NCBI GenBank assembly: GCA_963921275.4
Contig: OZ001293.3
Location: 3,872,001 to 3,936,000, forward strand
Source of the DNA: an uncultured Hormoscilla sp.
Lineage (GTDB): Bacteria > Cyanobacteriota > Cyanobacteriia > Cyanobacteriales > Desertifilaceae
DNA: 64,000 bases
Direction of reading: 5' to 3'
The translations under genes were made by a program, and so were the position numbers. The notes beneath the pieces are model-generated. The model was not told where the DNA came from. It did not search any database and saw only the letters and a list, made by a program, of their open reading frames with translations. Below, one piece after another: positions 10,376 to 19,016 of this stretch. Position 1 is the first letter of the stretch. Each line of letters begins with the position of its first letter.

Positions 10376-10819
10376 CAGACAGGGACTTGACAACGAGCTG
10401 AGAGATGGCTATCATATAGAAGTAGCTTGTGAATGAACGGCGGCTGAACGGCTGGCTAAGACATTCACCAGAGATATTAAAGTCCTCGATCGCTCAGAAA
10501 TGCGGTGACTGTGTCCATTGACAGGAAATGCACCTCATTTTTGCAAAAACACACTTGTTTGAAGGCTGGAACCCTTATTATATTCTTACCTGAGTTGCAG
10601 AAACCCGGTTTCTTATCTGTATGATTAGACAACTACTTTTGACCACACCCTCTTGATAATGACCTTAGAGGTTGCTATCATAGAGAAGTAAAGGCTGAGT
10701 AGGTGAGATGGGAGAAGTGATAACGGTGGGTGGCATAATAACCAGCCATGAATGATGGACAGAGAGACCCATAGAGTAACAGAATAAAGTTGAGAGAATT
10801 GAAAAAGGAGAGTACAATA

Positions 10820-13036
10820 ATGGACAATAAGTGGGAGCAATCGAATAAAGCATACAATATCGGTGACATAGTTGTATTTGAAGGTCGAAGATATAAGTGT
10901 ATCCAGGCTCATACAACTAACGGCGATTATAACTGGAATCCAGCAACTGCTCAAAGTTTGTGGGCACAGTATACGAGGCAATCAACTTCACAGGGGCAAT
11001 TAACTTCACAAGACATAGAAGAATTCAAGAAGAAATTCAACGAACGGAGGCAGTTCTATAAGATCCCAGGAGCAGCATTAGGGATTGTCCAAAATGGTCA
11101 AGCGATCGTGCAAGAAGGATTTGGTAAGCGAAATCTAGAATCTTCTTCAGCTGATGTGACAAAAGAAACGATTTTCGCCATAGGTTCAATGAGCAAGTCA
11201 TTGACAGCTTTGATGATCGGCACCCAAGTAGAGGCTGGTTTATATAATTGGGATACTCAAGTTAGTCAAATTAGTCCAGTGTACAAATTTAATCAATACA
11301 AGGAAATAACGGTAGCTGATTTATTGGGCATGCATTCCGGTCTAGAGGGGGCATTGAATTTTCAATATATCGATCTCGGGAAGAATCTGTTTGGTTATAA
11401 TGCCAGATACTGGAACGAACAAACGCCAATTTATCTGATAGAAAATCTCTCCTATTTGCCAGCTCCAAAAGGCAAAAAAGGGGAATATTTATACAATAAC
11501 GAATTATTTGCAAGCGGGGGTTATCTGACGCCGTTGAAAAACAAAAAGCCCACATCCCAATTATTGCAAGAATATAGGAAATTAATGCAGGATAAAGTAT
11601 TTAAGCCTATTGGTATGACAAGCACCAACATTACGGGGATGTTATCAAGTGTTAGCGATAACTATGCAATCAGCTACGGTCTGGACATGAGTGGGGGGGA
11701 AGCCAAAATTTTTAACAAAGGTGGGATCAGTATTAGCGATATTAATGGCGTGGCCCCAGCCGGTCAGGTGGTTACCAACGTTGAAGATATGAACCGTTAC
11801 CTGATTACCCTTTTGAAAGGCGGATGCAACCCCGAGGGCTCTCAAGTGATTAAGTCTGAAACTTTGCAGAAACTTTGGGATATACAAGGCAAGACCCTTA
11901 AAGACAATAGTAATAAGGAGGGGATTACGGGGAAGACAACCTACGGAATGGGTTGGTGGGTAGAAAAAATTTCCCGGAAATCTAATCCGAACGAAATCGT
12001 CACAGTCAAGCATCATGGCGGTTATTTACCATCTTGGTCCTGCATGCAGATGCTAGTTCCAGAGCAAAATGCTGGCATGGTGATTCTCACCAATAGTTGT
12101 TTTGGTCGGGAGTTTACGATGGAAATGAATCAAGAGCTGCTTAACTTGCTCTATAACTCAGATTTCAACAAAGACATTTTTATTGACAATCAAAAATATC
12201 ATGAAGGATTTCTGACAAAGTTAAAGGAGGCAATAGCCCAAAAAGTGTCAATAGCGGTACAAGACGAAAACAAAGTAGCAGAGGAAAAGAAAAAAGCTGA
12301 GAAGATTATAGGTAATTATGAAGGGGGGTGGAATTTAAATTATGATTCGGTAGATAAATGCTTGGTGCTGTATAAACAAGGCTGGATTGCTCGCTTGGCT
12401 CCTTCTAAAAATCCTGGCGATAAATATGTCTATTACATGGTAGCGTCGAACGATCACAGGGGAATGCACGTCACAAACAAAGAAGATATTTATGGAGCCG
12501 GTAAAATTTGGTTTACAAAAATTAAGGATATGAATAATATCGATCTGATGATGTATGGGGCAAAAGTTGGAGCAATCAAGAAATTGCCAGAGACGTCAAC
12601 AAAGAAGACAATATCTGAAATATTAGAATCGGAATATGACAAAGAGCGGTTTCAGCAGCTCAAAAATATATATTATCAAGAATGCGCAAAAAAACAATTG
12701 AGGGATATTATTGAGTTATTTTCAGATGACAAGAAATTACTGAATTTAAAACAGGAAAAAAAAGATGCGGTGAAAAAGAAGTTGGAGGAGGCGAAAAAAG
12801 AATTAGAGTCGGCCATTGGTAATATCACAGGGTCTTCACCAACAGAAGCAGCAGCAGCAGAGCAGCAGACGAACGAAAAAATCTCGATGATTATTTTAGA
12901 CGACGGTGACACCGAAATCACACCGGTGGAAGAAGTAACAATAATCTTAGATGATATTCCTGATAACAGCGAAAGTGACACCGAAATATCACTGGAAACA
13001 ACAATTGAGTTAATGAGAGAGATGCAAAGGGATTAA
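10820..13036 (+). CDS. Beta-lactamase/PBP-like serine hydrolase with N-terminal CBM5/12 (chitin-binding type) module and a coiled-coil/acidic C-terminal tail
   Basis: AAGGAG RBS; WEQSNKAYNIGDIVVFEGRRYKCIQAHT..WNP..SLW; GSMSK (SxxK), YNN (YxN), HHGG; no signal peptide. Confidence 0.88.
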   Translation: MDNKWEQSNKAYNIGDIVVFEGRRYKCIQAHTTNGDYNWNPATAQSLWAQYTRQSTSQGQLTSQDIEEFKKKFNERRQFYKIPGAALGIVQNGQAIVQEGFGKRNLESSSADVTKETIFAIGSMSKSLTALMIGTQVEAGLYNWDTQVSQISPVYKFNQYKEITVADLLGMHSGLEGALNFQYIDLGKNLFGYNARYWNEQTPIYLIENLSYLPAPKGKKGEYLYNNELFASGGYLTPLKNKKPTSQLLQEYRKLMQDKVFKPIGMTSTNITGMLSSVSDNYAISYGLDMSGGEAKIFNKGGISISDINGVAPAGQVVTNVEDMNRYLITLLKGGCNPEGSQVIKSETLQKLWDIQGKTLKDNSNKEGITGKTTYGMGWWVEKISRKSNPNEIVTVKHHGGYLPSWSCMQMLVPEQNAGMVILTNSCFGREFTMEMNQELLNLLYNSDFNKDIFIDNQKYHEGFLTKLKEAIAQKVSIAVQDENKVAEEKKKAEKIIGNYEGGWNLNYDSVDKCLVLYKQGWIARLAPSKNPGDKYVYYMVASNDHRGMHVTNKEDIYGAGKIWFTKIKDMNNIDLMMYGAKVGAIKKLPETSTKKTISEILESEYDKERFQQLKNIYYQECAKKQLRDIIELFSDDKKLLNLKQEKKDAVKKKLEEAKKELESAIGNITGSSPTEAAAAEQQTNEKISMIILDDGDTEITPVEEVTIILDDIPDNSESDTEISLETTIELMREMQRD

Positions 13037-13133
13037 AATTGGAAAAAGAGATCTTGTAGGACTGCCCAGATCCCATGTCAGTTGTCAATTGCTTTGTATA
13101 GACATTAATTATGGTCTCCTGCGCTATCTTAGT

Positions 13134-13247
13134 TAAGTAATAGGACAAAATTAATTGCATTAGCTTGCGGGAGCAGTTCCTGCGTTGCAAGGGTTTCCTG
13201 CGCTCCGGCACCCAGGCGATGTGTAATTAATTTTGTCTAACTACTTA
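13134..13247. mobile_element. MITE-like element with imperfect terminal inverted repeats
   Basis: taagtaataggacaaaattaattgca ... tgtaattaattttgtctaactactta; ends resemble the element at 18235-18365. Confidence 0.6.
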
Positions 13248-13302
13248 GCAGAAACTGAAGTCATGGCTCTTTGGAATGGTTTGTCTTTACTTTTTTAGTA
13301 TA

Positions 13303-14321
13303 ACCTAAGTTGCGACCTATTAAAAAAAATATGAATTACCCACTTAGACTTTACAGATATTTGGGATATTTCGTAGCTTTTGATACAAAATTATATTTTT
13401 TTTGTGCTAGACGGCGGGTTGGCTGTTTATAGGTTATAATGTACTAAAATAATAGTTAATTGCTGGGGGATGTAGATGATGGAAGATATGATTACAACAA
13501 TTTTTGTTCTTTGTGACGAGCTACTAAAAGCGTTAAATATAAAAGAAGATCCACAAGTAAAAATGAACAATGCCGAAGTGATGACAGTCGGATTAGTTGC
13601 TGCATATTTTTTCGGAGGACACCACGATCGCTCTTGTCAATTTATGGTCGAACACAAGTATATAAAAAATCTGTTAAGTAAAAGTAGGTTCAATCGTCGA
13701 TTACACAATATTGACGAACCAATTTGGATGTTTTTCTTCCAAGTTATAGCGTTATAGCTCAAACATTTAAAGAGCTCAATCCGGGTCAAGAATATATTCT
13801 TGATAGTTTCCGGTGCCAGTATGTGATAATATTAGGATTGATAGATGCCAAATTTATAACAAGGAAGAATATCGAGGGTATATTGCCAGTAAAAAACGTT
13901 ATTTTTATGGATTAAGAGTTCATATGTTGGTAAACAAAAATGGAAAGCCAATAGAATTTTATCTAGATCCTGGTAGTTATAATGATTTTAAAGTTTTACA
14001 ATCTTTTGGCTTTGACTTACCATCAAATTCAATAGTTTATGGAGATAAAGCTTATAATGATTATCAATTAGAGGATTTACTAAAAGAGTCGTCAAGTATA
14101 ATGTTAAAACCTTTGCGAAAAAAGAACTCAAAAAGAAAAGAATATTCTTGTTTTGAATATATACAAAAAGTAACAAGAAAACAAGTTGAAACCTGTTTTA
14201 GTCGAATCACCAATTTGTTTCCCAAGTCAATTCATGCTGTTACATCTAAGGGATTAGAGTTGAAAATAATTCTCTTTATCATAGCTTTTTGTATCCAATT
14301 TTTATAGGTCGCAACTTGAGT
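13303..14321 (+). mobile_element. IS982-family insertion sequence
   Basis: TIRs acctaagttgcgacctat / ataggtcgcaacttgagt; 7-bp target duplication TAGTATA (13296-13302, 14322-14328); AT-rich. Confidence 0.9.
13476..14307 (+). pseudogene. IS982 transposase with two frameshifts
   Basis: Pieces in three frames: LSKSRFNRR / YILDS / PVCDNIRI..GYIASKKRYFYGLRVH..YGDKAY..RKQVETCFS. Confidence 0.88.
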
Positions 14322-14384
14322 TAGTATAGAACCCGAAGAGCTTTTCTGTATGACTGGTGCTAAAAGCTACTTTCCAAACATCCT

Positions 14385-14823
14385 CTCAGAAGAAAAAATA
14401 CCAGACCCCGGACTTGACAACGAGGAATGGAGATGGCTATAGTAGAGAAGAAGCTTGTGAATGTTGGGCAGAGCAACGGCTGGCTAAGGCATTTACCTCC
14501 AGACATTAAAGTCCCCGATCGCTGCGCAGCACCGGAAGTGGGAGGATATCCTGCTTCAGACTTCTCCGCAGCAAGGTGAAATCAACAACAGCTAGACAGT
14601 TTCCGGCAAAAATCAAGAAAGCCAAATCTGAGAAGAAAAAATAACAGACAGGGACTTGACAACGAGCTGAGAGATGGCTATCGTAGAGAAGTAGCTTGTG
14701 AATGAAGGGCGGCTGAAGGGCTGGCTAAGACATTCACCAGAGACCGAGACGTCCCCGATCGCTGCACAGCACCGGAAGTGGGAGGCGATACCGCTTCAGA
14801 CTTCTCCGCAGCAAGGTGAAATC
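14385..14823 (+). repeat. About two diverged copies of the 239-bp unit, each retaining a promoter-like motif (14414 TTGACA-N18-TATAGT; 14656 TTGACA-N17-TATCGT)
   Basis: Shared blocks gacttgacaacgag, gcttgtgaatg, ggctggctaag, gcagcaccggaagtgggagg, gcttcagacttctc; a further remnant cagctagacagttt at ~15052. Confidence 0.9.
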
Positions 14824-14855
14824 TGACCAAAATTAAATAAATCAGAGGGGGAAAA

Positions 14856-15044
14856 ATGACAGAAGCAAATGGGAATTCACAACAAGCAGCAGAAAAGGAG
14901 GCTAAAGATGTTAGGAATAGGCGTCCTGCCGATCCCAGAATAATTTCGGTAAAGCGCTCAAATATTCCTAAAATCAGCGAACGGAAGATTAGAGTTTCAA
15001 AGGAAACAATGCGTTACTTAATTCGGAGCCTGCAATTGGATTAA
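14856..15044 (+). CDS. 62-aa basic protein whose C-terminal 25 aa match the hydrolase C-terminal tag
   Basis: GAGGGGG RBS; ends PKISERKIRVSKETMRYLIRSLQLD vs PKASERQIKVSKETTRYLLRNLQLD in 15096-16892, with several synonymous differences. Confidence 0.7.
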   Translation: MTEANGNSQQAAEKEAKDVRNRRPADPRIISVKRSNIPKISERKIRVSKETMRYLIRSLQLD

Positions 15045-15095
15045 ACCATAGCAGCTAGACAGTTTTCAGGGAAAAACAAGAGAGAGGTCACAATC

Positions 15096-16892
15096 ATGAC
15101 AGCAGCAAAAAAAACTTTATCATCACAACAAATCGAAGATTTCAAGAAGAAATTCAACGAACGGAGGCAGTTCTATCAGATCCCAGGAGCAGCATTAGGG
15201 ATTGTGCAAGATGGTCAGGTTACTGTGTCTGAAGGGTTTGGGGTGCGAGACTTGCAGACACAGACTCCCATGACAGCAAAAACGATTTTCAACATAGGTT
15301 CAATGAGTAAGTCATTGACAGCTTTGATGATCGGCACCCAAGTGGATGAGGGTTTATATGCCTGGGATACTCCAGTGAGTGAAATTAGCTCGCAGTACCG
15401 CTTTCCCTCTGTACTCGCTTACGAACCAACGGTGACAGATTTAATGGGAATGGCTTCTGGTATAGATGGTGCGCTCAACCCTTATGCCATAATTCCCGAT
15501 CCCAACGATCCTAGTACTGCGATTATAGGTGCTAATGGAACACTTTGGAATGACCAAACGGCAATCTATACTATCAAAAACATCCAATTTTTGCCATGCG
15601 ATCCAGCCGATAAAGGGAAACATATCTACAACAATGAGTTGTATGCAAGCGCTAGTTATCTGACGCCGTTGAAAGAAAACAGGCCAACATCCCAATTGCT
15701 GCAAGCTTATAAGCAATTAATGCACGAGAAAGTATTTGATACCATTGGCATGGCAGATACCGCAATGTCTGGTACTTTGTCAAGTGTTAGCGACGACTAT
15801 GCCATCAGCTACGGCCTAGACATGAGTGACGGACAAGCAAAAACTTTTGATAAAGGTGCAGTCAGTATTAACTATATCAATGGTGTGGGCCCAGCCGGTC
15901 AGGTGGTTTCCAACGTTGAAGATATGAACCGTTACCTGATCACCATTTTGAATAACGGAGTCAACCCCGATGGCGTCGCAGTGATTAATGCTGACACTCT
16001 ACAGCAACTTTGGAATATAGAAGGCAAGGAAACTAAAACAAATCGTTATGATGCGGGGATTACGGGGACGATAACCTACGGAATGGGTTGGTGGGTAGAA
16101 GACATTCCCCGGAAATCTAATCCGGACGAAATAGTCACAGTCCGGCATCATGGCGGTTTCTTACCATCTTGGGCCTGCATGCAGATGCTAGTTCCAGAGC
16201 AAAATGTGGGCATGGTGATTCTCACCAATGGTTCTTTTGGTCGGGAGTTTACGATGGAAATGAATCAAGAGTTGCTTAACTTGCTCTATGACTCAGATCT
16301 AGACAACTTCATTGACAATGAAGCCCTTTATACTAAGTTTGTGTCGGACTTAGAAACGACAATGCCAGAGAAAGTGTCTTCATATACGGTCGTTTACGAA
16401 GACGTAGAGATGCTCCTCGGTAATTATGAAGGGCTATGGACTTTAGAGGTGGATGGAGATAATCGCTTGGTCTTGTTTAAGAACGGCTGGATTTATCACT
16501 TGTATCCTTCTCGAGAAGATCCCTTATTTATCTATTACATAGGAGCATCGAACAATCACAGGGGCATGAGGGTAAGAGAATCAAGCGATCCCGACATAGA
16601 TCCGCTTGAAGGAGCAAAAATTTGGTTTGTTGAAGACGAGCAAGAGGTCATTAACATGATTGGACCTCAAATTGGAGGGGTCAAGAAATTGCCTAATCTA
16701 TTAGAATCCGATGAGTTAAATAGATTAATCCTCAGTATCTTAGGTGATAAATCCTTTCCCCCCGCTCCCCCCGCCCCCGCTCCCCCCGCTCCCCCCGCTC
16801 CCCGTATGAGAGCTCCTAAAGCCAGCGAACGTCAGATCAAAGTCTCGAAGGAAACGACACGTTACTTACTGCGGAACCTGCAATTGGATTAA
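15096..16892 (+). CDS. Beta-lactamase/PBP-like serine hydrolase with Pro-rich linker and C-terminal tag
   Basis: GSMSK, YNN, HHGG; GNYEG C-terminal beta domain; PPAPPAPAPPAPPAP linker; no signal peptide. Confidence 0.9.
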   Translation: MTAAKKTLSSQQIEDFKKKFNERRQFYQIPGAALGIVQDGQVTVSEGFGVRDLQTQTPMTAKTIFNIGSMSKSLTALMIGTQVDEGLYAWDTPVSEISSQYRFPSVLAYEPTVTDLMGMASGIDGALNPYAIIPDPNDPSTAIIGANGTLWNDQTAIYTIKNIQFLPCDPADKGKHIYNNELYASASYLTPLKENRPTSQLLQAYKQLMHEKVFDTIGMADTAMSGTLSSVSDDYAISYGLDMSDGQAKTFDKGAVSINYINGVGPAGQVVSNVEDMNRYLITILNNGVNPDGVAVINADTLQQLWNIEGKETKTNRYDAGITGTITYGMGWWVEDIPRKSNPDEIVTVRHHGGFLPSWACMQMLVPEQNVGMVILTNGSFGREFTMEMNQELLNLLYDSDLDNFIDNEALYTKFVSDLETTMPEKVSSYTVVYEDVEMLLGNYEGLWTLEVDGDNRLVLFKNGWIYHLYPSREDPLFIYYIGASNNHRGMRVRESSDPDIDPLEGAKIWFVEDEQEVINMIGPQIGGVKKLPNLLESDELNRLILSILGDKSFPPAPPAPAPPAPPAPRMRAPKASERQIKVSKETTRYLLRNLQLD

Positions 16893-17010
16893 AACTGGAT
16901 TTGCATCAAAGACTATACTCTCTAGCTTTGTTAAGTAAGTAGTCAAAAGGGATGGAATGAAACCAGGTTTCTTGTCCAAACCAGGTTTCTAGTACAGCCT
17001 TGCTGTAGTA

Positions 17011-18195
17011 ATGATACCATTAGAAGATCAGAAGATGCTTTTCATTATACCGACATTGACGATTGGTTTAGTTGTTGTTTCAGCAATAGCGCTGCTATAT
17101 CTTTCTTACCCTTACTTATATATCTCACTATTTTGGTTACTCTATTTGATTTTCTTAACTTTAATCAGTAACAAGTCTTGGAACAAAGCCATATGGTTTA
17201 ATTTAAGTTTTATTATTTTTATATTTGGCTTAATTGAGATTTATTCTACTTTGTCTCTGAACGGCTGGATAGAAGGCTTGAAATTTGAAGGTAGCTATAC
17301 ACGAGATTATTTTACTGCTGACGATATCCTTGGTTATGCACCCAATAAAGCAATAGCCGTAAATTCAAAACTATCTATAAGAGGAAAGCCAATTTATGAT
17401 GTTACTTATACAATAAACGATCGAGGATTGCGGGTTTCTCCACCAGGCGATCGGGATCGATGTATATTATTTTTTGGCGACTCTTTCACCTTTGGGCAGG
17501 GGCTAGAGGACAATGAGACTTTGCCTTATCTTGTCGGTGAATTGTCAAAAGCCCAAGTATATAATTTTGGTTTTCACGGCTATGGGCCACATCAAATGCT
17601 TGCCGCTATAGAACAAGGGATGTTAGACAAAATTGTCGATTGTCAGCCAAGTTTAATTATCTATGAAGCATTTATAGGTGATATTTACAGATCGGCTGGT
17701 CGTGCCCCTTGGGATAGACATGGCCCCAAATATGCGATCGCGGCAAATGGAGGTGTAAAATATCAGGGTCACTTTGACGACAACTTCACTAAGAGTAAAG
17801 CAATAGCATTAATCAAGGAACAAGTAGAAAAGTCTTATTTTTACAAAAAGTTTTTTAAGTATAAAGCTTTAATTGATGAAGAGGATATAAAATTATTTAT
17901 CGAAATTATTAATGCTTCCTATAATCAATTAAGAGAAAAATACCCCAATGCTGATTTTCAGGTATTGTTTTGGGATAATTATCCAGAAAACCAGTTATAT
18001 CAACAAGTGATAGCAGGTTTAAGAGCAAAAAGTTTTCAGCTAGATTTAATTAGTCAAATACTACCAAACTTTTGGGATAATCAATCAAGATACCAGATCC
18101 CTGACGAACAACACCCTAATCCCCTGGCCAATCAATATATTGCAGAATACGTGGTCTCCGAAATTATGAATATGTCAGTAGTCAGTAGTCAGTAG
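17011..18195 (+). CDS. Membrane-bound SGNH/GDSL hydrolase family protein
   Basis: N-terminal TM helices; FFGDSFTFGQG, NFGFHGYG, DEQHPN. Confidence 0.85.
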   Translation: MIPLEDQKMLFIIPTLTIGLVVVSAIALLYLSYPYLYISLFWLLYLIFLTLISNKSWNKAIWFNLSFIIFIFGLIEIYSTLSLNGWIEGLKFEGSYTRDYFTADDILGYAPNKAIAVNSKLSIRGKPIYDVTYTINDRGLRVSPPGDRDRCILFFGDSFTFGQGLEDNETLPYLVGELSKAQVYNFGFHGYGPHQMLAAIEQGMLDKIVDCQPSLIIYEAFIGDIYRSAGRAPWDRHGPKYAIAANGGVKYQGHFDDNFTKSKAIALIKEQVEKSYFYKKFFKYKALIDEEDIKLFIEIINASYNQLREKYPNADFQVLFWDNYPENQLYQQVIAGLRAKSFQLDLISQILPNFWDNQSRYQIPDEQHPNPLANQYIAEYVVSEIMNMSVVSSQ

Positions 18196-18445
18196 TCAGT
18201 TGTGGGTAGTCATTTGTGGGTAGTCAGTTGTGGGTAAGCAGGTGGGTGCAAATAAACTGGCCTCTGTTAAGAAATGTAAAATCTCTGAATCTTTTTCTGG
18301 AAGAGGCTTTCAGCCAAGTAAACAAATATTTACTGCCGTTGAGTTTACTTATGCACACCTACTTAGTCAATTGTGGGTAGTCATTTGTGGGTAGTCAGTT
18401 GTAGGTAGTCAGTTGTGGGTAGTCAGTTGTGGGTAGTCAGTTGTG
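18174..18445 (+). repeat. Short tandem repeat (GTCAGTA / GTAGTCAGTTGTGG-type units)
   Basis: Direct reading; interrupted by the MITE at 18235-18365. Confidence 0.85.
18235..18365. mobile_element. MITE inserted at TA inside the short tandem repeat
   Basis: taagcaggtgggtgcaaataaac ... gtttacttatgcacacctactta; the repeat resumes after it. Confidence 0.7.
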
Positions 18446-18896
18446 AATTTTGAATTTTCAGCGCCATCCCCTTGAGAGGCAATTTTGTCTACGAGCAAAA
18501 ATGCTTATTTACAACCCCTATTCCGCACGACAAGTTGTAACATGCTAAGGAATATGTAATTTATCCTACATTCAGCACGATAAAATGTAAGTGACAAAGT
18601 TGACATGCTTCCATTTAAAGATAATAACCCACATATTACACTACAATTGTCACATAAATAATACGTGATTGTGGGTGGTTTGGCATTCGTAAGACACCAA
18701 GTAATAAGTAAATTATGGGTGGTTTGGCAATTTTAACGTATAAATATTTATACGAAGGTCAGGTTTAGCGTTCGCGGACAGTACCAAGTAGTTGTAATCA
18801 TCGCATTTGAAATATTATAATACGAAGGCGGATAATAATGGTTAATATTTTTTTAAGATCGTGAAGGCTACTTGAGTGATATAATAAGAAAGGAAA

Positions 18897-18985
18897 TAAG
18901 CTGTCGCGCATTGAAATTGCATAGGTCGAAAAGCTGAGACCCAAGTTAAAAATGGCTTTCCTCATTGAGAATTGAGAATTGCTTA
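18897..18985 (+). repeat. Dispersed ~90-100-bp element; other copies at 28671-28767, 31154-31250, 33637-33733 and inverted at 40438-40532
   Basis: taagctgtcg(c/t)gcatt..aattgcatag ... gaattgctta. Confidence 0.75.
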
Positions 18986-19016
18986 GCAGATATGACTGAG
19001 GAATTGAGGAGAAAGG

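Larger units (their letters stand above)
8314..10464 (+). repeat. Tandem array of 9 x 239-bp units made of the NRPS 3' end plus downstream sequence
   Basis: Identical 61-aa ORFs recur every 239 bp (8517, 8756 ... 10190); units differ by a few SNPs (TAA vs TGA stop; TATCAT vs TATCGT). Confidence 0.97.

Noticed and set aside
8314..10464. CRISPR or other guide-RNA array
   Set aside because: Units are 239 bp and essentially identical, with no variable spacers; no cas, RT or nuclease gene nearby
13476..14307. Programmed frameshifting of the IS982 transposase
   Set aside because: Two shifts are needed and IS982 transposases are normally one ORF; decay is simpler
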